DNA of 63,016 nucleotides, filler included. It is 14 parts of 14 records of this genome, joined end to end, with 100 filler letters (N's around TTAATTAATTAA, not from the genome) between each part and the next. Parts side by side here need not be neighbours in the genome. Positions count along the whole stretch, not along the records: positions 22,551 to 25,743 come from SRR7504441_109982; positions 25,844 to 28,958 come from SRR7504441_110111; positions 29,059 to 37,929 come from SRR7504441_110502; 11 more parts are not named here. One strand, 5' to 3'. Each line of letters starts with the position of its first letter. Position 1 is the first letter of the stretch. This document shows positions 22,761 through 32,712 of this stretch, in pieces. Position numbers and translations under genes: made by a program. A model generated the notes under the pieces. That model saw only the letters and a list, made by a program, of their open reading frames with translations, was not told where the DNA came from and ran no database searches.

Positions 22761-25305
22761 TCAGAAGAGTTCCGGAAAGCAATGCTTGAGCTCCCATGCT
22801 GCGGCCGACTCCGAGTCACTGCCATGGACCGCATTCCTGATCCCATCGGTCCCAAACCTGTCAGACCGTCAGCCGGTTTGTTCCTTGCTCACTCGGACCT
22901 GGTTCGAAGCCCCACACCCGGCGCTGAGAAGCGGAGCTCCCAGCCGGACGGTCCGATTACCACCCGCCACTGCTCAATCGCGTCGGGACCTTCGAGAGCC
23001 ATGATCATTGATTCACCCGAAGCATTGAACTCGACCATTTCGCCATAGTACTCCCTGAATCATGCTAAGCTCGCCTGATCAATTGGACCACACCTGTTCA
23101 CATGTTCGTAATAGAACTCCGCAGTCTCAGCCTCGGTTCTCTTGCCAGTCCATGAGGACTTGACTTGCAGCCCTGCCTCTGCAATCTGTTCGAGAATTGC
23201 CTCAGTGTGCCCCGCGGAGACTGCGTCCGGTTTGATGATCCCTAGTGTGCACTGCCAAACTGCCGGCGCCCGGAAAGCAATCCGCCTCTCCAAGATTGCC
23301 TGCATCAACCAGGCTCGCCGTCGGCCATAGCGTGCGCGGCTGCCTGATACTTCGTGCGGCTACCATGCACAGCGTTCTGCAGACGGTTGGTCCCGTACCG
23401 CTGCTTAAGCTCTGAGGAGAGCGGTCGCCACAGCCGGAGTGCGTCCTCGGCTTCAACGTCCAGGAGCACCATAGGCCCTGACGAGATGAACTCGACTATG
23501 CTCAAAAAGTAGGGCTGCTCGCTGCTCGGGGCATAGAAGCTGTCCGCCTGCTCCCAACTGAAGTGCTCAGTCTTAAGCTGGAGGATCGAAAACCCTGCCC
23601 CGGCTGACCAAAGGGCGAGAGAGGATCAAACCTGCTTGGCGGATCCTGTCGAGGATTTCGCCGACCAGATCCTCCCGGCTAGCCACGTCGGGCTTGATCA
23701 GCAGCACCATCCGTTTCCGAGTCATCGAGTCATCGCCCAGGTCGTCTCCTGGTCACTAGAGTGAGCGCGAATATTGGCAGGCCTGGCACCGACAGACAAC
23801 GGGCCCTTCACTTGCTGTGGCTCAAAGCCATGCCCAAGAACTGCCCGTGCGGCCAGCGGGGGCATGCGGGCACTGGGCCCAGCGGCGATGGCGCTCTCCG
23901 TCCTGCGCGCTATCCTCGCAAGCCACTCGACTGCCTGGACCGGGAAACGGCCTGGAGTGTGTGAGGGCCATCAACTGAGGATGTGGGCCACCTTTGGTCA
24001 TCTCATCCGAGAGCATCACTGCAGTGCAACCGTCAATGATGGCGTTGGCCACGTCATCGACGTCCGCTCGGGTGGGGCTGGGTGTTTGGACAGTGCCCAT
24101 CAGCATCTGGGTGGCGCAGATGCACATCTTGCCAGCTGCCACACACTTAGCTGTCAGGAGCTTCTGCACGGCTGGCATGTTCTCGAGCCCGATCTCGACC
24201 CCCATGTCCCCCCGCGCGATCATCAGCCCGTGACTCAGCCGCAAAATCTCATCGATGTTGGCAACTGCCTGCGGCTTCTCTATTTTTGGTATGATCTTGG
24301 GCTGGAGGGCCTGAGGCACGCCCAGCCGCTCCATCTCACCAATCAGGTCCTCGATATCGCTCGCCGACTTGACAAACGACATTGCAATGTAATCCACCTG
24401 CCCCAAGCTGGCCCTGGCCGGGCACTGGCGCCACCTTCTGGGTCAAGAAGAACTCCAGGTCAAGCTTGTCCTTCGCAGTCAGGGCCGAGAAGTTCAGCTC
24501 GGCAGCCGGCACGTTCACGCCTTGCCTGGATTGGAGCAGCCCGCCCCTCTCCACTGTGCACAGCACCGTATCCTCCCCCAGCCGCCGGGCCACCTTCAGC
24601 CGGATAAAGCCGTCATGCAACAGCACCTCAGCCCCGGGCTGAAGCGACCGCACCAGCTCGCTCTGTTCGAGAGTCCTCTCCAGTGTCACCCTTCTGCTTG
24701 TGGTGCAGTCCGTCGGTCCGTCTCGTAAGGCTAGTTCCAGCTCGTCCCCGCCGCGCAGCCGCACCCCGCCCCGCTCGGCCTCGGTGGTCCGTATCTTGGG
24801 CCCCTGCAGGTCCCCCAGCACAGCCACCGGCCGGTCCACCTCAGCCAACATCGCACGGATCCGCGGAAAGACCTCCTCAAACTCGCCAGGCCGCCGGTGT
24901 GATCCGTTCACCCGGATAATGTCCAGCCCGGCGTCCACGCAGCCGCGCATGTACTCCGGCCTCCACGAGAGACCTCCGATCGACCCTACCAACTGCGTCC
25001 GTCGGCCGGCGATCGACCCGCCAGCGCTAGGCCCGAGCTGGCCGGCCGCATCGCGGAGCATCTCAACGGCGGTCTGCTGGGCCTTGAGCGACAACTCGGC
25101 TGTGACGAACTCGGCCCGCACTCGGGCGAGATCCAGGTCCAGCGGAGTCGGGCTCTGCGCCAGCCGGTCGGCCACCAGCGCAGCCCGGGCCGCGCGAAGG
25201 TCGAGGCCGTTGGCGGCGGCCAGCGCGGCCGCGTCAGCCTGTGGGGGATGGTTGGCGCCAGGAGGCCGCGGGCACCTCGAATTCGTCGTAGTACGAGCCG
25301 CCCAT
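22761..25305 (-). CDS. Pyruvate kinase (barrel plus B domain, no C domain) fused to two nucleoside-diphosphate kinase domains; 742 aa predicted
   Basis: PK motifs DLQGPKIRT, KIEKPQAV, GLMIARGDMGVE, ATQML, DVANAIIDG. NDK motifs LLIKPD..NAVHGS and IIKPDA..NAVHGSDS. Eight introns (25239-25275, 24398-24434, 23952-23991, 23749-23789, 23595-23631, 23300-23343, 23055-23093, 22858-22898) give one 2229-nt ORF. Confidence 0.8.
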
Positions 25306-25951
25306 CCCCGATGCGCACCTGACAGGTCCCGATGTGCTCGAGATTCAGCGTTTAAAGGAACTCCGTGAGTGGACCAACGGATGAAAAAGCAGTCCTACAA
25401 ATTCGATCGCAAATGCCCCTGGATTGGCTCAGCCCCATCTGCTCCGCTGGTGCGCCCGAGGTGGGCACTGCCGTGCGCCGTGAGACCGTGCGAGGCTTCC
25501 TCAACAACTACCCCGACGACGGGTACGTTTCTGACGTCAGCTTGGCCTCCGACCTGGATGAACTGGACGAGCAGGATGGGGATGGTGAGACCCGCTATGC
25601 CCGCCCGGCGTGCTGAACGGGCCGGCGCAGGTGAGAGCAGCTCGCTGCCTACCACGTGCTGCCCGTGTGGTGGAGCGCGAGAGGGTGCCGGGCGCAAGCG
25701 CAAGCACTTCGCCACCGGCGAGAAGACCGCGGCCCAGGTAAAGNNNNNNNNNNNNNNNNNNNNNNNNNNNNNNNNNNNNNNNNNNNNTTAATTAATTAAN
25801 NNNNNNNNNNNNNNNNNNNNNNNNNNNNNNNNNNNNNNNNNNNCACGAACGAGCTAGTCTTTATTAACTCTAACATGTACCTAAATTAAACGCGCTCTTC
25901 CCAAAATTGTTGTACACGAGTGTTCAGAAATGGATGAAATCCATGTGAACG

Positions 25952-26671
25952 TTATTTCATATCTTGACACGCGTGACGGAACGGCTCGCGGTATTGCGGC
26001 CTTAGCTCGACCTTGGAACCTGTGATTGGGCAAACTAAAGAGTATACCTCGCCTTGGTTCAACCGTGTTGTGGTTGCGCTGGCCTGTTCCCCCCTGGCGT
26101 CAAACTCCTTGATGCACAGCAATTCAACAAAGTATCCTGGAATGGTGACATCCGATTCATTGGCCCAAGACTTGATCCACTCCTTGAATTGAACGATTGT
26201 GTTATGAAGACCAGGGTGTTCAGCTTTCTTACCCTTGACAAACTGCACTTGGTCAAGTGTATAGTATGAGCTGTAGCACCATGCGGGGTTGCCGTGCCGA
26301 TTGTCCTTGGGGTCTCCTGTGAAGAGGACGTCTATGTCTCGTCTACCAATTCCAGTGCTCAGAGTCACTTTCATGCTGGTTGTACGTAAGAATTTTTGCA
26401 TCACGCTCCCTACAGTTTCGATTCCTAGAAGGGCGGTTCTGCAATAGGCCTTGCCTTGCGTCCAGTCAAAGTCAGGTAAAACCACCACGAGGTCAATATC
26501 TGAGCCTTCGACAGCAGTATTCTTGGCCTCTGATCCACCCTTCATTATTCTTGTGGGGTGGAAGATGGAGTGCAGCTGTCGAACCATGGCATCAACTAGC
26601 AAGCCGCTCTCTTGCGGTGCCATGTGCACGGTGGAATCCAAGGCGTGATGAAGGCCCGTGCCCTCCATCAC
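25952..26671 (-). CDS. 2'-5'-oligoadenylate synthetase-like (OAS/cGAS-DncV superfamily) nucleotidyltransferase
   Basis: KGGSEAKNTAVEGSDIDLVV (GS..DxD), third acidic residue in DIDVL, and IPGYFVELLCI matching the OAS PxYxLELL motif; intronless. Confidence 0.85.
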   Translation of the reverse strand: MMEGTGLHHALDSTVHMAPQESGLLVDAMVRQLHSIFHPTRIMKGGSEAKNTAVEGSDIDLVVVLPDFDWTQGKAYCRTALLGIETVGSVMQKFLRTTSMKVTLSTGIGRRDIDVLFTGDPKDNRHGNPAWCYSSYYTLDQVQFVKGKKAEHPGLHNTIVQFKEWIKSWANESDVTIPGYFVELLCIKEFDARGEQASATTTRLNQGEVYSLVCPITGSKVELRPQYREPFRHACQDMK

Positions 26672-26686
26672 GCCTACTGAAAATCC
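26641..26686 (-). promoter_or_regulatory. Candidate -1 programmed ribosomal frameshift signal (G_GAU_UUU, 4-nt spacer, 14-bp hairpin)
   Basis: Minus strand reads gtG GAT TTT cagt AGGCGTGATGGAGG gcacggg CCTTCATCACGCCT. The heptamer is in the collar ORF frame and the -1 frame is the OAS-like frame. Confidence 0.6.
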
Positions 26687-27378
26687 ACTGTCCTCATGAT
26701 AAAGGCGAGGGCCAGGAAAGGAGGGCGAGGCAGTTTCATTTCGATTGGGTCCGGGCTCTTGGAACCAGCTTGTCCTGTGCGACTCTCGAAGCTAGGTACG
26801 TGGGTGACCTGGATAGGGTCTGTCTCAATATCAACGTAGCCGTCAGGGCACTTCTCATAGTGACTCCAATGGCATTGCGAACGCCCCTTCTGGATGCATT
26901 TGCACTGGGTCTTCTTCTCGTGGGTGTAGGCTTTGACTTCCAGCGTTCGTTTGGCCGTCTCGCCAATATTCAACGTCGGTGCTAGGACTGGTATGTCGTT
27001 CCCGTCTCCATCAGCTCGGCGCGGGTGGCTATGCGCAGGCATGTTCTTCTCGGTCAGAATCGCACTGGCCACGGAGCCTCCTCCTGAGGTCAGCACTGCC
27101 AGCTTGTCGGACGTGCCGATGACGAACTTTTCGCGCAAATCAGGGGTGCCCTGGCTGCCATCGCAGAGATGCCATCCGACCGGTATCGCATTCGATGGGC
27201 CAGACCACATCACGATCACACCAGCTGCGAGCCCAGCGTCTTCCGACGCGTTCTTGTACATGCCACATCCACGACAGAAGATGCTACCCGTCTTGGAGTG
27301 CTCGACAAAGTTGTGGGGGTCGCATTTGATGTCAGGAGGCATGCTTCGCTTCATCGTGGCAAGGTGAGGTGTATACAC
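26674..27378 (-). CDS. Phage tail-collar-domain protein with N-terminal Zn-ribbon-like motif
   Basis: GVIVMWSG..IPVGWHLCDGSQGTPDLREKFVIG..GG...LTEKNMPAHSH and C-terminal PPFLALAFIMR are typical collar-family motifs; N-terminal CDPH..IFCRGCG. Confidence 0.88.
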   Translation of the reverse strand: MYTPHLATMKRSMPPDIKCDPHNFVEHSKTGSIFCRGCGMYKNASEDAGLAAGVIVMWSGPSNAIPVGWHLCDGSQGTPDLREKFVIGTSDKLAVLTSGGGSVASAILTEKNMPAHSHPRRADGDGNDIPVLAPTLNIGETAKRTLEVKAYTHEKKTQCKCIQKGRSQCHWSHYEKCPDGYVDIETDPIQVTHVPSFESRTGQAGSKSPDPIEMKLPRPPFLALAFIMRTVDFQ

Positions 27379-27492
27379 GAATCCTGTCCATCAACCGTGG
27401 CGTGTTGAGCACGCGGTCCGTTATTTTTTGTCCGTTATTCTTGTGTGGTTGACCCACTTGACCCGAGCCGCCCGTGACACAGCAATCGAGGC

Positions 27493-28621
27493 ATGGCAGA
27501 AGTGTCTGGCTTTGTGGCGGCAGCCTTGTCGGCGTTCTGCAACGGGTCATTCGCCGCGCTTTCCAAGCTGCCGGCGGTGCGGCGGGCTGAGATCCACCCG
27601 ATCCTGTTCAACACCTACGTCTCCCTCGGGGTGTTTGTCTCATCCTTCCTCGTGGTGCCCTTCCTCCAGTACAACCCAACCTTCGCCGACAACTCGGCCG
27701 CCGGCACCACCTTCGCCTTCGAGCCGCTCGGACTGATCGCCGGCTTTCTGATCGGTGCCCCGCCGGCCGGCTCGGACTCACCGGGGGACAGTCTGCGCTT
27801 TCACGTTCTCGTTCCTGGCGATCCCGCTGGTCGGGCTCTCGATCGGCCAGGGGGTGTGGGGCGGCGCCGCGATCGTGGTCTCATTCGTCGCCGGTCTGAT
27901 CGTGGGCCAGTCCGCGGTGAGCTCGATGCTGATCATCCTGGCCTTGGGGCTGCTGCTGACTGGGGTGGCCGGGATCGCCTTCTGCCAGGACATCTCGGCC
28001 AAGATCACCCAGTGGCTCGGGATGGACGGACCCGCCGGGATAGACAAGCGGTCCCTGCTTCCGACTCCGAGCGGGGAGGACGGCGAAGACGTGGAGTACT
28101 ATCAACTGCCAGACGATCAGACCGAAGAGCCACCGGAGCAGCTGTCGTCGCAGTTCTGCCTCGGGATCACGTTTGCGCTCATTGTCGGGCTGGCCGGCGG
28201 ATCGATCCTGGTGCCCTCCACCTACGTGGGCGACAAGACTTCTGGGCTTGTATTCGTGCCTTCGCTCGGGATTGGGGCTGGCGTGTGTGCGCCGCTGGTG
28301 CCGCTGGTCTACTTTGGGTGCAAGGGCGAAACGAGTCAACTGCGGCTCGAGAATCTGCACCTGGGCAGCTGCCTGTTGCCCGGGCTGCTGGCCGGGCTGG
28401 TGTGGAATCTGGGCAACACAGCAAGTATCTGGGCAATCCCACGGATGGGCTACTCAGTGGCACAGCCAATCATGCAGTGCGCGCTGCTCGTGTCGGCGCT
28501 GTGGGGCGTGTTCGTGTTCAAAGAGATCACCGACCGCTCGACGATAATTGTGCTATTCTCGTCCGGTGCAGTATTGCTCGGAGGAGCTGCTGTGTTAGCC
28601 GTAAGTGTGGACACCAAATAA
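27493..28621 (+). CDS. TMEM144-like / DMT-superfamily multi-pass transporter
   Basis: Intron 27755-27791 joins the two ORFs; two hydrophobic halves separated by an acidic loop; GLLAGLVWNLGN and LVSALWGVFVFKEI motifs. Confidence 0.75.
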
Positions 28622-29518
28622 ACCGCACTACCAGCACAATTAAAATACATCTATCAAATCTGATGATGAGGTCAGACATGAGCATCTACAGTACAAGCAT
28701 CTCCTTGATCCGCAGAGTAACATTATGTTCAATCGGGAGAATAGCTTCTCATATCAAGAAGAAATCAGTCACAATGCGCCAACCAGGAGCTCACTCGTTG
28801 TGCTCGTGCTGCTGTCGATCCAGCGCTTCCCGCCGGGCCATCCAGGTCGGGGTGCTCGGCATGTCCTCCTTCTCTTTCAGCGCGACTGTGGCACCCATCG
28901 CCGCCCCTGTGTCGCACAACTGATCAGACTCGGCCTGCAGCCAGCACTGACCGACCACNNNNNNNNNNNNNNNNNNNNNNNNNNNNNNNNNNNNNNNNNN
29001 NNTTAATTAATTAANNNNNNNNNNNNNNNNNNNNNNNNNNNNNNNNNNNNNNNNNNNNTCTAAGTAGGTTGGATGTAGGTGGTAGTCAAATGAATACATA
29101 TTTGCTTTGGTGAGCGGCCTGAATGATTAAAGTCGGCCCGTGATTCTACAAGTACCATGATTCAACATTCAATAGTAACTAACGTAACTGACTAACGTGT
29201 GCCGGAATCGTTATTGAGCTTACACGTTATGGCAAAGTGAGAATGGAGTCGGTCAAACTTTCATCATCATGCTGCCTTGCCTCTCGTACTTATAATCAAT
29301 GATGTGCTCGCTTGTGATAGGCTTCCACATGTGTCCTGCCCCATGTCATCCCCTGCTATTCGAGCCATTCACCGCCCATCTTCTGCACAGATCCGCCGAG
29401 CGAGAGCGCCACACACGCATCGGCGCTCCCACCGCGCCGACCAGCCATCAGCGCTGATTCCAGCGATAGAAGCTGGCGATCCTGACTCACATACACGATA
29501 TACTCACGAGAAGTTTCC

Positions 29519-30708
29519 TCAAAACTCTCCTGCATCCAACCAAATTAAACACAACTCAAGCTTAGGCTCGAGCTGCCTGGTTGTACAGCCGAGTGGCGTG
29601 CAGCCGGAGCGTGAACTCGTATTTGGTCCGAGTGACGTAAAACACGCCTTTCTGGATGTACACCCACCCGTCGTGCCCATTCTCACCATCCTTCCATTTG
29701 TACCACTCAGCAGTATCCCTGCGCCACTGTCGGCCGGGCCCTCCGGGTGCACACACCGGTGCTCGAATGACCCGTCGGCGTTTAGCACCACAGCTTCCAG
29801 ATGGAACGTGTTGGGGTCAAACCCACTCACACGCTTGTTTGAGTACTCGAGTCTAGAGGCCTGCCAGCTGGCTTCAGCGGCCATTCCAGGCCGGAGCGCC
29901 CACCCCGCCGAATAGCGCGGCCATGCAGTCCTCCTCCGCCGGCGGTCGGGCTGGACTCATACTGGAACAGTCCTTCACGCCCTCCCTGCCCCCCCTGTGA
30001 GCGCCGCTCGCCGGGGGCGTGCACGTAGTCGGCGACGCGCTGAAAGGTTCGCCCTCGGCCCGAGGTGGCGAGGCGGCGCCCTGCGGCCCTGCGCCCAGCG
30101 CGCTCAGGGTGAGCCGGTGGGGCATCCAGACTGTGCCGGGCGGAGATATTGAGAGGGTCGCCGAAGGTGGCCTCGTCCAGCTCATTGGCGAACTCGCTGT
30201 TGCCGTATATAATATCGCGCTGGCCAGCCGGGCTCATCGGCCAGGGGGTGCCCGTGCGCTCACCTGCCGCTCGTTGGTCGTCTCGAAGTTCTGGTGCGAC
30301 AGCTGGCGCGCCTTGCTGCCCCAAACCGATGAGAGCCCGGCCCGCGAGGTGCACCAACCTGATCTCGTTCATCCCTGCGGAGAGGCCCACACAGGCTCTG
30401 CCGGAGATGGCCGGGGTACAGGTCTGACTCTTGCCCGTCACATGCAGCAGCGCCTCGGCCGTCTTCTCGGCCGAGTCGGCAGCGTCCTTCTGGTGCACGT
30501 AATTGTCGAAGTCGCGCAGCAGCTGGTGCCGCTTCTGCAGCTCCTCGTAAAGCGAACCTGGCCTCCCCGGGTCGAGGGCAGAGCGGCAGGCCGCCAGACC
30601 GCCCTCGTCGGGGCCCGCCGCCCGCAGGGTCGACGTGGACACGTAGTGATACGCAGCTGTCGACATACTGCGATGACAGGTGTTGGCGGTTATTTCCGCG
30701 GCCCACAT
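29519..30708 (-). CDS. Hypothetical intron-containing gene(s), structure unresolved
   Basis: Overlapping protein-like minus-strand ORF pieces (29827-30708, 29519-29884, 29562-29756); no family recognised. Confidence 0.35.
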
Positions 30709-30889
30709 CTGGCCACAAGGGGCGACGCAGGTCGATTATGCGAGTGGCCATAGTGGACTCCGGTCGGCTATATTGCTCAAGTCCTTCCGCCTTCCCGGGC
30801 CGGTTAGGGTCTGCACGTGCGTCTGAGCGCATCGGTCGGTCTTGGTGACGTCAACAGGTCCTCGAGATACTGATGCCGGAGGACAATAA

Positions 30890-31695
30890 TCAAGATATCG
30901 CGCATTTATCACAACAAGTACACAAGCTCTTGTTCGTCGGCGGGGCCTCTAGCCTCGCCACCAGCTGCTCGGTCAGCTCGCTACGGTCCGAGTGCTTGCT
31001 AGAATACTCGGCCGGCCTGTGTCGCGGCTCCTCGGCACTCCAGTACGGCTGGTCCTGCCCCCGCGCTCCCCGGGGCACACCACAGACCACAGCCCACCTG
31101 GTGGCCCGGCTGCTCCCAGCTCACAGTCGCCGGCCCCAGCTGCGGGGCGGCCAGTCTGGATTCCCTGGGGGTGGTGGGCGGGCTGATCCGTGTGCTGCTT
31201 GCCCTTATCTCTAGTTGCGCCTCTGCAATCGAGAGCACTGGCTTGGCCGGAACCAGCTCCGGGTTCGCCTCTCGGTTGGCCATCCGGGCCGCCTTGCGCT
31301 GCCGCCGGTCGGCCGTGGACCGAGAGGGGGGTTACCTCCTGCATCCGGCGCAGCTCGGCCTGCGCCTGCGTGGACTGGTCGTTGATCTCGCGGTGGAGCA
31401 CCCGGTACCATTGAGCGGCCTGGGCGCAACGGAACTGGAAAGCTTTGCCGTCGGATGGGGTGAGCGTGAACTGGTTGTCTTGGAGCAGCGCGATCCGGGC
31501 CCCAGCCAGACTGACCGCCTCGTCCTCGTCCGAGAAGAGCGGGCCGCCCGAGTTCGGATCGACGTCGACCAGCCGGAGTTTGTCCCCGACCAGGCTCGCC
31601 TGCCGCTTGACGAACCCGTGCCGCGAGAGCAGCTCCACCTCGCCCGGCGTGCCCGGCCCGAAGCTGCCCCCCGGAGGTTCCGGCCTCGAGCCCAT
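30890..31695 (-). CDS. PH-like domain protein with C-terminal CaaX motif
   Basis: VSLAGARI..NQFTLT..KAFQFRC..QWYRVL is PH-like; two small GT-AG introns; ends LCTCCDKCAIS*. Confidence 0.6.
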
Positions 31696-32712
31696 CGATG
31701 AGGAAAGTCAGTTCAGATCAAGTGAGTCGTTGCCGATCAACGGAAACCCAGCGCGACACGGAATCGCGGCTGGACAGGCATCTCATCTGGCTCGGTGTCG
31801 AGAGGGAGCATCGGGAGGGCTGCCTTGAGCGTACCAAGGGCGGGGGACGCGGCTCTACAGCCCTGTGGACCCAGCCGCTTGCTGACACTGCGCGCACAGC
31901 CTCGCTCTGACCATGGAAGGATCCGTGCCCCTTGCCGAAGGCCTGATGGGCGACGACGCTCTCGAGTACGAGGACGATGAGGTGCCTCGCCCGCCGCGCG
32001 GTCCGGGGCGTCGTGATTGTGACTGTCTGTGTCTGCGCAGCTGTGCTTCTTCGATGAAGTGCCTGAGGAGGAGCTGCCCGCTCAGGAGCCGGCGAGCCTG
32101 CCGCCACAACAGGTGTGCCCCGCTTGTAAACTATGGGCTCGCCTCCGGCCGATGGCTGATCGCGAGGGGGGCAGGTGGAGGACGATCCCAAGGTGTGCTA
32201 CCGCAATTACAACTTCAATGTGGGCCCGGCCTCTACCGCGCTCTCCGGTGGCGCCCCGGCCTGAGGTGGGTTGAGCGGGATGCAGGCACCTCGCATGTGC
32301 TGCATCTATGGTGGGAGGAGGGCCAGAACCGGTTCGACTGCGGATATAGCCACAGCAAGTACGTTGGGCTCACCGTCCCCATTTGCTTCCAGGTGCCCCT
32401 GACCGATCAGCCAAAGCTGAACTCCGCAGGTGCCTCTACCGAGCATAGAACAGTTCCTCAGCTGGCTATGCCAGACCAGTTCTTCTTTGCCGTCCATGGA
32501 CCAGTGGTGCCCCGGCCGCCCGCCCGCTCCTCAGGCGCCGGGCGCTCAGGTTTTGTTGTCGTTCCGCGCTCGCAGACCTGAATCAGCTGGTGGCTGGCGA
32601 GGCTCTAGATCCAGAGCTTATCAAACACATATACTCAACCGTCGTCGCGATGAGGTGCCACCGCCACCGGCCTGATCTCGCTTGACAGGATGTCAGGCAA
32701 AATCTGCAGCCG

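Noticed and set aside
23722-23725. ATGA stop/start overlap between PK and NDK suggesting a bacterial-style operon
   Set aside because: Both parts carry spliceosomal introns, and a typical 41-nt intron fuses them in frame. Kept only as a possible retention isoform.
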